Below, piece by piece: positions 20,200-29,722 of a DNA stretch of 64,000 nucleotides. The stretch spans positions 1-64,000 of the forward strand of contig PSLI01000003.1 in assembly GCA_040289515.1 (NCBI GenBank). The letters are read 5' to 3'. Position numbers and translations under genes: made by a program. Every line of letters begins with the position of its first letter. The stretch's first letter is position 1. Source of the DNA: Candidatus Sysuimicrobiota bacterium (GTDB lineage Bacteria; Sysuimicrobiota; Sysuimicrobiia; Sysuimicrobiales; Sysuimicrobiaceae). Below the pieces are notes generated by a model. That model ran no database searches and had not been told where the DNA came from. It saw only the letters and a list, made by a program, of their open reading frames with translations.

Positions 20200-20322
20200 G
20201 GGCCGCGAGCGGACTCCGGTCAGGACGCGGGGGTCTGTCGATCATCGCGATGCACACTCCCGGCGGGAGTGTGGTTCCCGGTGATCGATCCCCTCCTCCT
20301 GGGCCCGGATCCGGTCGGCCCT
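20200..20322 (+). promoter_or_regulatory. Long rpsO-pnp intergenic hairpin (probable RNase III site in the pnp leader)
   Basis: Nested inverted repeats TCGATCATCG/CGGTGATCGA and CACACTCCC/GGGAGTGTG. Confidence 0.6.
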
Positions 20323-20347
20323 GTAGACCAGGAGGGGAGGCACAGCA

Positions 20348-22561
20348 ATGGAAGTGGCGTGGTGCGTACCCGACGTCCGGAGCGTGCGCTTCGAGGTCGG
20401 GGGCAAGGAATGGGTCATCGAAACGGGTAAGCTGGCCAAACAGGCCAACGCCGCGGTCACCGTCCGGTACGGGGAGACCGTGGTGCTGGTCACGGCCACC
20501 GCCTCGGATCAGCCCCGGGAGGAGGTGGACTTCTTCCCCCTTACGTGCGACTTCGAAGAGCGGCTGTACGCGGCGGGCAAGATCCCGGGAGGATTTTTCA
20601 AGCGGGAGGGGCGTCCGGGGGAGAAGGCCATCCTCACCTCCCGCCTCATGGACCGGCCCATCCGGCCCCTGTTCCCCAAGGGCTTCCGCAACGATGTGCA
20701 GGTGATCGCCACCACCCTGTCTGCGGACCAGATCCACCCGCCGGACGTGGCGGCGGTGGTGGGGGCCTCCGCGGCGTTGAGCCTGTCCGACATCCCGTGG
20801 GCGGGCCCCATCGGCTGCGTGCGCATCGGCCTGGTAGCTGGGCAGCTGGTGGTGAACCCCACCCTGCAGCAGATCGAAAGGGAAAGCCAGCTGGACCTGG
20901 TGGTGGCCGCCAGTGAGGACGCCATCATCATGGTCGAGGGCGGCGCCGACGAGGTGCCCGAGGACCGCATGCTGGAGGCCCTGGAGCTGGCCCACCGGGA
21001 ATGCCGCAAGGTGGTGGCCGCCATCCGAGAGCTTGCCGCGCAGGCAGGCAAGCCCAAGCGGGAGGTTCCCCTGGCCCAGCCCGACCCGGAGCTGGCCCGG
21101 GAGGTCCGCGAGGCCGCGGAGGAGAAGCTGAACGCGGCCCTGCGCCACCTCGACAAGCTGCGCCGCGAGGAGCAGACCCAGCGGGTGATCCAGGAGGTCA
21201 CCCAGGAGCTGGCGCAGCGCTACCCCGAGCGGGTGCAGGAGATCTCGAACCTGTTGGTGGACCTGCAGAAGGAGCTGGTACGCCGCATGATCCTCCAGGA
21301 GGGGGTGCGACCGGATGGGCGGAAGCCCACCGAGATCCGACCGCTGTACATCGAGGTGGGCCTGATGCCCCGCACGCACGGCAGCGCCCTGTTCCAGCGG
21401 GGTCAGACGCAAGTGCTCACCCTATGTACCCTGGGCACCGGCGAGGACGAGCAGATCCTGGACGATTTGGGCATCGTGGAGAGCAAGCGCTTCATGCACC
21501 ACTACGTGTTCCCGCCCTACAGCGTGGGGGAGGTGCGTCCCCTGCGGGGTCCCGGCCGCCGCGAGGTGGGCCACGGAGCCCTGGCGGAGCGGGCCCTTGC
21601 CCGCATGATCCCTCCGGAGGAGGTCTTCCCCTACACCATCCGCCTGGTGTCCGAGGTGCTGGAGTCCAACGGGTCCACGTCCATGGCCTCCGTGTGCGGC
21701 AGCACCCTGGCCCTCATGGACGCGGGGGTGCCCATCAAGGCCCCGGTGGCGGGCATCGCCATGGGCCTCATCACGGGAGAGGACGGCCGCATGGCTATCC
21801 TCACCGACATCCAGGGCATGGAGGATGCCATGGGGGATATGGACTTCAAGGTGGCCGGGACCCGGGAGGGCATCACCGCCCTGCAGATGGACATTAAGAT
21901 CCCGGGTTTGAGCCGCGAGGTGCTGCGCCAGGCCCTGGAGCAGGCGCGCCAGGCGCGGCTAGCCATTCTGGACGCCATGCTGCGGGTGCTGCCCGCCCCG
22001 CGCACAGACCTGTCCCCATACGCGCCCAGGCTCCTCACCCTGCACATCAACCCGGACAAGATTCGGGAGGTGATCGGCCCCGGCGGGCGGGTGATCAACC
22101 GCATTACCTCGGAGACGGGGGTGAAGATCGACATCGAGCAGGACGGGCGGGTGATCATCGCCTCCGCGGACCCCGAGGCGGCCCAGAAGGCGGTGCGCAT
22201 GATCCAGGACATCGCGCGGGAGGTGGAGGTGGGCCAGACCTACCTGGGCCGCGTCACGCGCCTGATGAACTTCGGCGCCTTCGTGGAGGTCCTGCCAGGC
22301 AAGGAGGGCCTGGTGCACATCTCGGAGCTTTCAGACCGCCGGGTGGACAAGGTGGAGGACGTGGTGAAGGTGGGCGACGAGATCCTGGTGCGGGTCAAGG
22401 AGATCGACTCCTTGGGCCGCATCAACCTCACCCGCCGGGGCCTCACCTCCGACGATGGGGGGCAGGCAGCACCCAAGTCTGCGGCGCGCGCGGACCGTCC
22501 CCGACAGGACCGGGCTCCGCAGCGGCCGCCCCGCAGGCCCGGACCGCGCCCGGAGCGCTGA
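20348..22561 (+). CDS. pnp: Polyribonucleotide nucleotidyltransferase
   Basis: [35 protein letters not shown] and S1 domains. Confidence 0.98.
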   Translation: MEVAWCVPDVRSVRFEVGGKEWVIETGKLAKQANAAVTVRYGETVVLVTATASDQPREEVDFFPLTCDFEERLYAAGKIPGGFFKREGRPGEKAILTSRLMDRPIRPLFPKGFRNDVQVIATTLSADQIHPPDVAAVVGASAALSLSDIPWAGPIGCVRIGLVAGQLVVNPTLQQIERESQLDLVVAASEDAIIMVEGGADEVPEDRMLEALELAHRECRKVVAAIRELAAQAGKPKREVPLAQPDPELAREVREAAEEKLNAALRHLDKLRREEQTQRVIQEVTQELAQRYPERVQEISNLLVDLQKELVRRMILQEGVRPDGRKPTEIRPLYIEVGLMPRTHGSALFQRGQTQVLTLCTLGTGEDEQILDDLGIVESKRFMHHYVFPPYSVGEVRPLRGPGRREVGHGALAERALARMIPPEEVFPYTIRLVSEVLESNGSTSMASVCGSTLALMDAGVPIKAPVAGIAMGLITGEDGRMAILTDIQGMEDAMGDMDFKVAGTREGITALQMDIKIPGLSREVLRQALEQARQARLAILDAMLRVLPAPRTDLSPYAPRLLTLHINPDKIREVIGPGGRVINRITSETGVKIDIEQDGRVIIASADPEAAQKAVRMIQDIAREVEVGQTYLGRVTRLMNFGAFVEVLPGKEGLVHISELSDRRVDKVEDVVKVGDEILVRVKEIDSLGRINLTRRGLTSDDGGQAAPKSAARADRPRQDRAPQRPPRRPGPRPER

Positions 22562-22577
22562 CCCTGTGGGGATCCCG

Positions 22578-23855
22578 GTGGCGGGACGCGACACGGAATA
22601 CCGCAAGACCGTGCTCCCTTCCGGAATTCGGGTGGTCACGGAGGCCCTCCCGGGGGTGCGCACCGTGGCCTTGGGCATCTGGGTGGAGACCGGTTCCCGG
22701 TTCGAGCCGCAGGGATGGAGCGGGATCGCCCACTTCACGGAGCACATGATGTTCAAGGGCACCCGCCGGCGCACCGCCCAGCGCATCGCGGAGGAGGCGG
22801 ACTCCCTGGGCGCGCAGCTCAATGCCTTCACCGACCGGGAGCACACCTGCTACTATGTGCGGGTGCTGTCCGAGCACCTGCCCAAGGTCACGGACCTGCT
22901 GGCGGACATGCTCACCGGCTCCCTGTTTGAGGAGGAGGCGGTGGAGTGCGAGCGGCAGGTGATCCTCGAGGAGATCAAGATGTACGAGGACAGCCCGGAC
23001 GACCTGGTGCAGGACCTGTTCCTGGAGACGGTGTGGGCCCACGACTCCCTGGGCCGGCCCGTCATCGGCTTCCGGGACACCGTGGAAGCCCTGCGCCGGC
23101 CGGACTTCGTGGAGTTCGTGTCCCACGAGTACCGGCGCCCGCGCCTGCTGGTGGCGGCGGCGGGCGACGTGGACCACGACCGCGTGGTGGAGCAGACCGC
23201 GGAGCTGCTCAGCCCCCTACCGGAGGGAGCCCAACCCCGCGAGACGTACGCCCCCTCGGTGTCGCGAAATGCCACCTACCGAGCGAAGGACACCGAGCAG
23301 GTGCACCTGTGCTTCGGCTACCCGGGTCTACCGCAGGGGCACCCGGACCGTTACGTGCTGTCGGTGCTGGACCACCTGACCGGGGGCGGTATGTCCTCCC
23401 GCCTGTTTCAGGAGGTGCGCGAGAAGCGCGGGCTGGCTTACAGCGTGGGCACCGTCTCGGTGATGTACCGGGACGCGGGGGCCTTCGCGGTGTACGCGGG
23501 CACAAGCCCCGAGCGGGCCCGGGAGGTGCTGGAGGTCTGCCTGCGGGAGCTGGACCGCCTGCGGCAGGAGCCGGTCCCTGAGGAGGAGCTGCGCCGCGCC
23601 AAGGAGGCCCTGAAGGCCAGCCTGATGCTGTCCCTGGAGAGCACGGCAAGCCGCATGTTCTTCCTGTCGCGGGCGGAGCTGTACTTCGGGCGGCGCGTGA
23701 GCCCGGACGAGGTTCTGCAGGAGCTGGAGGCGGTGACCCCCGAGCGCCTTCAGGCGCTGGCGCAGAAGCTGGTCACACACCGGCCTGCCCTGGCCGCGGT
23801 GGGCCCCGCGGACGCGGAGGCCACCACCCGGGGCGCCCTGGAGGCGGTGGCGTAA
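22578..23855 (+). CDS. M16 family zinc peptidase
   Basis: HFTEH inverted zincin motif; [18 protein letters not shown]; start approximate. Confidence 0.93.
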   Translation: MAGRDTEYRKTVLPSGIRVVTEALPGVRTVALGIWVETGSRFEPQGWSGIAHFTEHMMFKGTRRRTAQRIAEEADSLGAQLNAFTDREHTCYYVRVLSEHLPKVTDLLADMLTGSLFEEEAVECERQVILEEIKMYEDSPDDLVQDLFLETVWAHDSLGRPVIGFRDTVEALRRPDFVEFVSHEYRRPRLLVAAAGDVDHDRVVEQTAELLSPLPEGAQPRETYAPSVSRNATYRAKDTEQVHLCFGYPGLPQGHPDRYVLSVLDHLTGGGMSSRLFQEVREKRGLAYSVGTVSVMYRDAGAFAVYAGTSPERAREVLEVCLRELDRLRQEPVPEEELRRAKEALKASLMLSLESTASRMFFLSRAELYFGRRVSPDEVLQELEAVTPERLQALAQKLVTHRPALAAVGPADAEATTRGALEAVA

Positions 23856-24661
23856 TGAGCGGGGTGGTGCGGGTGGCGATAAGCGGCGCCGCAGGCCGCA
23901 TGGGCCGCGCGGTGGTGCGGGCGGTCCGCCAGCAGCCGGACCTGGAGCTGGTGGCTGCCTTCGGCCGGCACCGGCATCTGGGCGAGGACGCCGGTGAGGT
24001 GGGGGGGGTGGGCCGCGTGGGCGTTTTCATCCAGCCCGCAGAAGCCATCGGCGAGCTGCGGGGACGGGCGGACGTGCTGGTGGAGTTCAGCATCGGGGAA
24101 GGGGCCATGGCCAATGCCGTCTCCGCCGCGCGGGTCGGGGTGCGCCCCGTGGTGGGGGCCACGGGCTACACCCCCGCCTCCCTGGAGGCCCTGCGGGAGG
24201 CGTGCGCGCAGGCCGGGGTGGGCGGCGTGGTGGCACCCAACTTCGCGCTGGGCGCAGTGCTCCTCATGCGGTTCTGCCAGCAGGCAGCAGCCTACTTCCC
24301 CCACGTGGAGATCGTGGAGCTGCACCACGACCGCAAGCGGGACGCGCCGAGTGGCACCGCCCTGCGGACCGCGGAGCTCATCGCCCGCTGCCGCGGCGAA
24401 ATTCCCCCTCCGGCGGTGGCCGAGGAGGAGAAGGTAGCGGCAGCCCGGGGAGGTGTGTATGAGGGCGTGCGGGTGCACAGCGTGCGCCTGCCGGGCCTGA
24501 TGGCGCACCAGGAGGTCCTGTTCGGCGGGCCCGGACAGCTGCTCACCCTGCGCCACGACGCGTACAGCGAGGAGTCGTTCCTGCCGGGCGTGCTGCTGGC
24601 GGTCCGGCGGGCCGTGACCCTCCGGGAGCTGGTGGTGGGCCTGGAGCACCTGCTGGCATAG
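23855..24661 (+). CDS. dapB: 4-hydroxy-tetrahydrodipicolinate reductase
   Basis: GAAGRMG, ELHHDRKRDAPSGTA. Confidence 0.96.
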   Translation: MSGVVRVAISGAAGRMGRAVVRAVRQQPDLELVAAFGRHRHLGEDAGEVGGVGRVGVFIQPAEAIGELRGRADVLVEFSIGEGAMANAVSAARVGVRPVVGATGYTPASLEALREACAQAGVGGVVAPNFALGAVLLMRFCQQAAAYFPHVEIVELHHDRKRDAPSGTALRTAELIARCRGEIPPPAVAEEEKVAAARGGVYEGVRVHSVRLPGLMAHQEVLFGGPGQLLTLRHDAYSEESFLPGVLLAVRRAVTLRELVVGLEHLLA

Positions 24662-24690
24662 ACGAACTCTGGGAGGGGCGAGGTGAGGTC

Positions 24691-25725
24691 GTGCGGGACG
24701 GATACGTGGTGGCCGTCGTGGGAGCCACGGGCGCCGTGGGACGGCAGGTGGTGGCGTTGCTGGAAGCGCGGCGTTTCCCCGCGCGGGAGCTGCGGCTGGC
24801 AGCCTCCCCGCGCTCGGAAGGCAAGCGGGTGGACGGCCACCGGGTGGTGGCGCTCTCCGATGCCGTGTTCGACGGGTGCCACATCGCCATTTTCGATGTG
24901 CCGGACGAGGTCTCTCGGGAGTGGGCGCCGCGGGCTGCCGCGCGGGGAGCGGTGGTGATCGACAACGCCGCCACCTTCCGCCTGGACCCGGGCGTGCCCC
25001 TGGTCATCCCGGAGATCAACGGTCCGCGGGTGCTGGACAGGCCCCGGGGGATCGTGGCGAACCCCAACTGCACCACGGCCACCTTTCTGGTGCCCCTCGC
25101 GCCCCTGCACCGGCGCTACGGCCTCCGGCGGGTGGTGGCGTGCTCGTACCAGTCCGTCTCGGGCGCGGGTCAGGCGGGGGTTGAGCAGCTGTGGCGCGAG
25201 CTGCGGGCGGCTGCGGAGCGCGGCGAGCCCCTGCAGGAGTCCTTGGGCAGCGCCTTTACCTACCCCATCGTGTTCAACGTGATCCCCGCGATCGGGTCGG
25301 TGCAGGACGGCGGCCACACCAGCGAGGAGCTGAAGGCCCAGGCGGAAAGCCGCAAGATCCTTGAGCACCCCACCCTGGAGGTGGGGATCACCTGCGTGCG
25401 GGTCCCCACCCTGGTGGGGCACGGGGTCGCCTTACACGTCACCTTTGAGCAAACGCCGGACCTGGGCGAGGTGCGGGAGCTGCTGCGCGCGGCCCCGGGG
25501 GTGGAGGTGATGGACGACCCTCGCGCAGGCCGGTACCCCACGCCCCTTCAGGCCGCAGGACGCGACCCGGTTTACGTGGGCCGCATCCGGTTCGACGGCG
25601 CGGGCAACCTGGCCTTCTTCGCCGTGGGGGACAACCTCCGGAAGGGCGCGGCCCTGAACGCGGTACAGATCGCGGAAACCCTGGTGGCGCTGCAGCCAGA
25701 CCTGCGGGGTGCGGTCCGCGTATAG
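24691..25725 (+). CDS. asd: Aspartate-semialdehyde dehydrogenase
   Basis: GATGAVG, ANPNCTT, YQSVSGAG, DNLRKGAALNAVQIAE. Confidence 0.96.
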   Translation: MRDGYVVAVVGATGAVGRQVVALLEARRFPARELRLAASPRSEGKRVDGHRVVALSDAVFDGCHIAIFDVPDEVSREWAPRAAARGAVVIDNAATFRLDPGVPLVIPEINGPRVLDRPRGIVANPNCTTATFLVPLAPLHRRYGLRRVVACSYQSVSGAGQAGVEQLWRELRAAAERGEPLQESLGSAFTYPIVFNVIPAIGSVQDGGHTSEELKAQAESRKILEHPTLEVGITCVRVPTLVGHGVALHVTFEQTPDLGEVRELLRAAPGVEVMDDPRAGRYPTPLQAAGRDPVYVGRIRFDGAGNLAFFAVGDNLRKGAALNAVQIAETLVALQPDLRGAVRV

Positions 25726-25758
25726 CGCGCGGGCCAGCTCCCGCCCGGTGCCGGCTGC

Positions 25759-26331
25759 TCAGCTTACCTCCAGGGGCGACACCTGCACCAGGGCGTCGCC
25801 CACCTCCACCTCCAGGGTGTAGCGGCCCCGGGGCACGGCTTCAAACGCGAACTGCCCCACCGAGTCTACCTCCGCTTCCTGCTCGTAGTGGAAACCCACC
25901 AGGCGCGCCCGCGCCGGCTGCTCCGGTTGCGTTTCCCACGACACAATCCCCGCCACGGTACGCAGGGAAGCGTCCTGGGGCTCCTCCGTAACGGACACCG
26001 TGAGGGCGTACTCGCCCGCCTGGTACGTGGCCGCAGCAAGCTGCGCGGATCCCCGCACCGCGTACGCCGCCGCGGGCTCCGCCACCCGCAGCTGCGGGGC
26101 CCACTCCGCCACCAGGATCCGCCAGTCCGGGCGGTCCCGGGCGCGCAGGAACCGATTCAGGATGGCCAGCTCCTCCTGACAGCGCGGGCACTCCCGGACG
26201 TGGGCTTCCACTTCCTCCCGTCCGCTGTCCAGCAGGCCCAGGTGAAGCTCTCCCAGCACGTGGGGGTCAGGGCAGCGGAACCTGTAAAGCTGCCCCGCTA
26301 CCGCGCGTTCGAGGGCGTCGTGTGCTTCCAT
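25759..26331 (-). CDS. Zinc anti-sigma (zf-HC2)-like domain plus a C-terminal beta-sandwich (carboxypeptidase-regulatory-like) domain
   Basis: CP..H..HVRECPRC (HxxxCxxC); DSVGQFAFEAVPRGRYTLEV; RBS AGGAGG upstream. Confidence 0.75.
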   Translation of the reverse strand: MEAHDALERAVAGQLYRFRCPDPHVLGELHLGLLDSGREEVEAHVRECPRCQEELAILNRFLRARDRPDWRILVAEWAPQLRVAEPAAAYAVRGSAQLAAATYQAGEYALTVSVTEEPQDASLRTVAGIVSWETQPEQPARARLVGFHYEQEAEVDSVGQFAFEAVPRGRYTLEVEVGDALVQVSPLEVS

Positions 26332-26520
26332 GCCTGCCTTCCTCCTATCTGAGCAAACGCCGGTGCGGACCGTTTTGGCACGCGCAGGATCGGGGGTTTG
26401 GTTTTTCCCCCTGTTTGCGAACCCAAGTACGCCATCGGATAGAACAGCTCTTAGCTTCGAATCAGTGGAATCTGCAGGATGCTAGACTGGATCAAACGAC
26501 TGATTAGAATAGATCTAGAC

Positions 26521-27090
26521 ATGGGGAGGCTTTTGGGCGAGGTGCGCAAGACGTTCGGGTTGCGGGTGCACGAGGCCCGCACGTCTGCGGGGCTATCCCA
26601 GCGGGAGCTGGCCCGCGCCCTGGGGCTGCGCAGCGCGGTGGGGGTGGGCGACTGGGAGCGGGGCAAGGCCTTCCCCAAGTTCGAGACGTTCCTGCGGCTG
26701 TGCGAGGTCCTCAACAGGCCGCCTGCCTTCTTCCTGGAGGGCTACACCGAGTCCCCCCGGGACGAGGACCCCCTGCAGGCCTTGGAGCGGCTGGAGCAGC
26801 GCATGCAGCAGCGCCACCTGGAGCTTCTGCACCGCCTGGAGCAGCTGCCCGCCGAGGTGAGCGGCTGCCTGCCCCCGGACGAGGTGGCGCGCTTTTTGGA
26901 GTCCATGGACTTCGAGAGGGACGTGCTGCCCCGGCTGCCCCTGGACGTGCAGGGTGCCCTGCGGGCCCAGAAGCTCCCCGCGTCCCTGGAGAACGCAGCT
27001 TACGGGATCGCCCGCAACGCCGCTTGGCACGCGTGGGAGGTCACCCGCGAGGTCGTGCGGACGTGGCTGCGCCGCCAGCGGCGCCCGTAG
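26521..27090 (+). CDS. XRE-family HTH transcriptional regulator with an unknown C-terminal domain
   Basis: ARTSAGLSQRELARALGL..VGDWERGKAFP; alternative start at 26479. Confidence 0.85.
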   Translation: MGRLLGEVRKTFGLRVHEARTSAGLSQRELARALGLRSAVGVGDWERGKAFPKFETFLRLCEVLNRPPAFFLEGYTESPRDEDPLQALERLEQRMQQRHLELLHRLEQLPAEVSGCLPPDEVARFLESMDFERDVLPRLPLDVQGALRAQKLPASLENAAYGIARNAAWHAWEVTREVVRTWLRRQRRP

Positions 27091-27095
27091 GGGAA

Positions 27096-27177
27096 GAAAA
27101 ACGTCAACGGGAGCCGCCCCGAGTGACCTCTCGGCTTTCACCGGTTCGACCTCTCGGGACCTTACTCCCGTTGACAC
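27096..27177 (-). ncRNA. Candidate ~80-nt structured small RNA (family unknown)
   Basis: 11-bp terminal stem GTCAACGGGAG/CTCCCGTTGAC, inner stems, GAAA tetraloop, 3' U-tract, consensus promoter immediately upstream. Confidence 0.65.
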
Positions 27178-27181
27178 CTTG

Positions 27182-27210
27182 ATTATACGCGTCTGGCCGC
27201 GGCAGCGCAA
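27182..27210 (-). promoter_or_regulatory. sigma70 promoter driving the candidate sRNA
   Basis: Minus strand TTGCGC-17 bp-TATAAT. Confidence 0.7.
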
Positions 27211-27412
27211 TGGGGAACAACGGTTCTTGGTACCGGTGCCAGGTACCCGCAGGCGCGAACTCGCGGGGTCGGCCCCGGCGAGCCTCCCGGTGGCGGTGCG
27301 CCAGCTGCCCAGGGCAGAGGGGCCGGCACCTGAAAAATGCCCTTCCGGGTACGTCTAGCCAGGCGGTGGCTGGGGTATAAGTCCCGGTAGACGGGTTTAC
27401 GGAAGGAGGTGG

Positions 27413-27428
27413 TGGCACAGGTCTTGCT
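27413..27428 (+). promoter_or_regulatory. sigma54 (-24/-12) promoter of the pilin gene
   Basis: TGGCAC-AGGTC-TTGCT, an exact match to TGGCAC-N5-TTGCW. Confidence 0.8.
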
Positions 27429-27490
27429 CTAGTTCATAAGGCCCGCGGCGCGGGAGGACGTTCAAAGACTACTGTGGAGGAGGGAAAGCG

Positions 27491-27889
27491 ATGTTGGAAC
27501 GGATCTGGAGGGCTCGCAGGGACCAGAGGGGCTTCACCCTCATCGAGCTCATCATGGTGCTGGTGATCCTGGGGATCCTGCTGGCGCTGGCGCTTCCTGC
27601 CTACCTGGGCACGCGGAGGAAGGCGTACCTGGCGGAGGCGGACCAGAACCTGCAGGAGATGAAAACCCAGGCGTGGTTGTACTACGTGGAGAGGGGGACT
27701 TTTACCGGGGTAAGTGGCACAATCCAACCACCGGCTGCCACTGCAAACTGGAGTTTCGCCTGGGGCACCTGCGATGGTACTACGTCGTGCACAATGAGCG
27801 CGACCGGACAGGGGCCCGTTGCCGGTGCCTCGGTGACTCTGGTACTCTCCAACACCGGCTCTGCCACGGTCACGTCGAGCGGCTTTTAG
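27491..27889 (+). CDS. Type IV pilin (probable major pilin)
   Basis: Prepilin site RG|FTLIEL with E5, hydrophobic helix, Ser/Thr-rich C-domain with a Cys pair; RBS GGAGG. Confidence 0.92.
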   Translation: MLERIWRARRDQRGFTLIELIMVLVILGILLALALPAYLGTRRKAYLAEADQNLQEMKTQAWLYYVERGTFTGVSGTIQPPAATANWSFAWGTCDGTTSCTMSATGQGPVAGASVTLVLSNTGSATVTSSGF

Positions 27890-27898
27890 GCCGCGCGC

Positions 27899-29470
27899 TT
27901 GCTGCGGTACGCTCCGGGTGGCCGGCGCGGGCCGGCCACCCGGAGCTCGACCGGGTTGAGGGCAGCTGTGCCCGTCCGCGGATGGTTTGTTGTTGCGGCC
28001 TTCCTTCTGGCAGGGTTGGCCCTGCGGGCGGAATCGCTTGCGGGCCGCGTGCTGTGGTACGACGAGGTGTACAGCCTGTGGGTTTCCGAGCAGCCGGCAG
28101 CAGCCATCCTGCAGGCATCGGCTCTCTCAGACCCTCACCCGCCGGGCTACTACCTCTTGCTGAAGGCCTGGAGGAGGATTGTGGGGCCGACCCCTCCGGC
28201 CGCCCGGCTGCTTTCCTTGGTGGCGTGGCTTGGGTCTGTGGCCGTGGTCGCGTATCTTGCGGCCAAGATCTTCGGCTGGCCCGCGGGGGCGGGTGCGGCG
28301 TGCCTACTGAGCGTGCACGCTTTCCAGGTGATTGCCTCCACAGAAGCCCGTATGTACGCCCTGCTGCAGCTCGCCGCGGCGGTAGCTACCGCCCTGCTGT
28401 GGCGGGCCAGGGAGCAGGACCGACTGGGGCTCTGGGCCGCGTACGGCGCGAGCGCGGCTGCCATGGCCTACCTGAGCTATTACTCCGCGCTGCTGCTCCT
28501 GGCACACGGGCTGTGGGTGCTGGCCACACAGCCCGGCAGATCCTGGGCAGGCCCTGCGGTTGCGGTGGCCAGCGCGGTTGCCGCTTACGGCCCGTGGCTT
28601 CCTTTCCTGCCGGGCTCGGTTACCGCCAACACCGTGCCGTGGAGGCCGCCCCCGGACGCGGGGCTTGTCGCGGGGCTCCTGGCGAGCCAGGTGTACGGCG
28701 GCCACTGGCTTGGCGCTGCCGGCTACTATGGAAGCGGGGTCCTGCAGGCCTGGCAGTGGCTGGCCGGCCTAGCGCCCGTGACGCTGCTGGTACCCGGCTT
28801 TCTGGCTCTCCGACAGCGGAACGCACAGGCCGGCTTTCTGTTTACCCTGTGCTGGCTGGTGCCGGTGGGGGCGGCGGTGGCCGCCTCGTTTCTGGTGGGG
28901 AAAGTGGCCGCCTATGCCTACCACCTCACGTACGTGCAGCCCGTTGCGGCCGTCGCGGTGGCCGCCGGGGTGGCGGAAGTGTGGTCCCCGCGCGACCGAT
29001 CACCCCGGTGCGTGACCCAAGTTCTAGCCGCCGTAGGGGTGTTGGTTTACGCAGCTTCAGCAGCCGACGGGGCCTGGCGGGATCTCCGCTACCAGCCCTT
29101 CCGGTACGACCTGGCGGCCGACTACCTGCGCAGCCTCCATCGGAAGCAGGACATGGTGCTGTACGTGCCCCAGGGTATGCGGCGGGTCATGCGCTACTAC
29201 TTCGAGCCCACCGGGCGCGAAGTTCAGCTTGCGCTGCCCCTGGCTGCCTGGGGGCCCAAAGCGCACCAGGCGCGGCAGCGTTTCCGCGACGCCGTGGCCG
29301 CGGCGCTGCGGGCCAGCAGCCAACGTGTCTGGGTAGTGGCAAGCCCCCCATACCCGCCGTGGGTGCCCGAGATCATCGAGCAGGCGGCCGTGGAGAGCGG
29401 TTACCTGCCCGGCCCGGTAGCCCGCTTCGGGCATGTTACGGTAGGACTGCTCGTGCGCCGTGGTCGCTGA
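27899..29470 (+). CDS. GT-C membrane glycosyltransferase (GT39/PMT_2-like)
   Basis: LWYDE, DPHPPGYYLLL, EARMYAL; many TM helices; start approximate. Confidence 0.85.
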   Translation: MLRYAPGGRRGPATRSSTGLRAAVPVRGWFVVAAFLLAGLALRAESLAGRVLWYDEVYSLWVSEQPAAAILQASALSDPHPPGYYLLLKAWRRIVGPTPPAARLLSLVAWLGSVAVVAYLAAKIFGWPAGAGAACLLSVHAFQVIASTEARMYALLQLAAAVATALLWRAREQDRLGLWAAYGASAAAMAYLSYYSALLLLAHGLWVLATQPGRSWAGPAVAVASAVAAYGPWLPFLPGSVTANTVPWRPPPDAGLVAGLLASQVYGGHWLGAAGYYGSGVLQAWQWLAGLAPVTLLVPGFLALRQRNAQAGFLFTLCWLVPVGAAVAASFLVGKVAAYAYHLTYVQPVAAVAVAAGVAEVWSPRDRSPRCVTQVLAAVGVLVYAASAADGAWRDLRYQPFRYDLAADYLRSLHRKQDMVLYVPQGMRRVMRYYFEPTGREVQLALPLAAWGPKAHQARQRFRDAVAAALRASSQRVWVVASPPYPPWVPEIIEQAAVESGYLPGPVARFGHVTVGLLVRRGR

Positions 29471-29657
29471 CCCCGCGGACCGGGGGCGTTTTGCGCGGCT
29501 TCTGCCTCCACTCCATGTGTGGATCTTGGCGGGGCTCCTCCTGGCCGCCGCGGTGGTGCGTTTGGAACTGCTGGGCTGCGGGGGTACGCTGATTCGTTGT
29601 GGCGAGGTGGCACGAGAGGGTGCGAGAGGTGGATGGAGACCGGATGACGTAACTTAA
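29460..29657 (+). pseudogene. 5' remnant of another GT39-like paralog
   Basis: LLLAAAVVRLELLG mirrors the neighbours' first TM (AAAVRWELLA; LALRAESLAG), then diverges before the WYDE motif. Confidence 0.45.
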
Positions 29658-29722
29658 CCCCAGGCACCCGGATGGCGGGTCCCCACCAAGGGAGCTGCGA
29701 ACAGAGAGTCAGCTGGGGGAAG

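Noticed and set aside
26376..26391. TGGCACGCGCAGGAT as a second sigma54 promoter
   Set aside because: The -12 GC element is missing
27241..27410. c-di-GMP riboswitch upstream of the pilin
   Set aside because: No GEMM-I or class II core motifs found, and the region lies upstream of the sigma54 TSS
27491..27889. Conductive e-pilin
   Set aside because: Long pilin with sparse aromatics and large aromatic-free gaps
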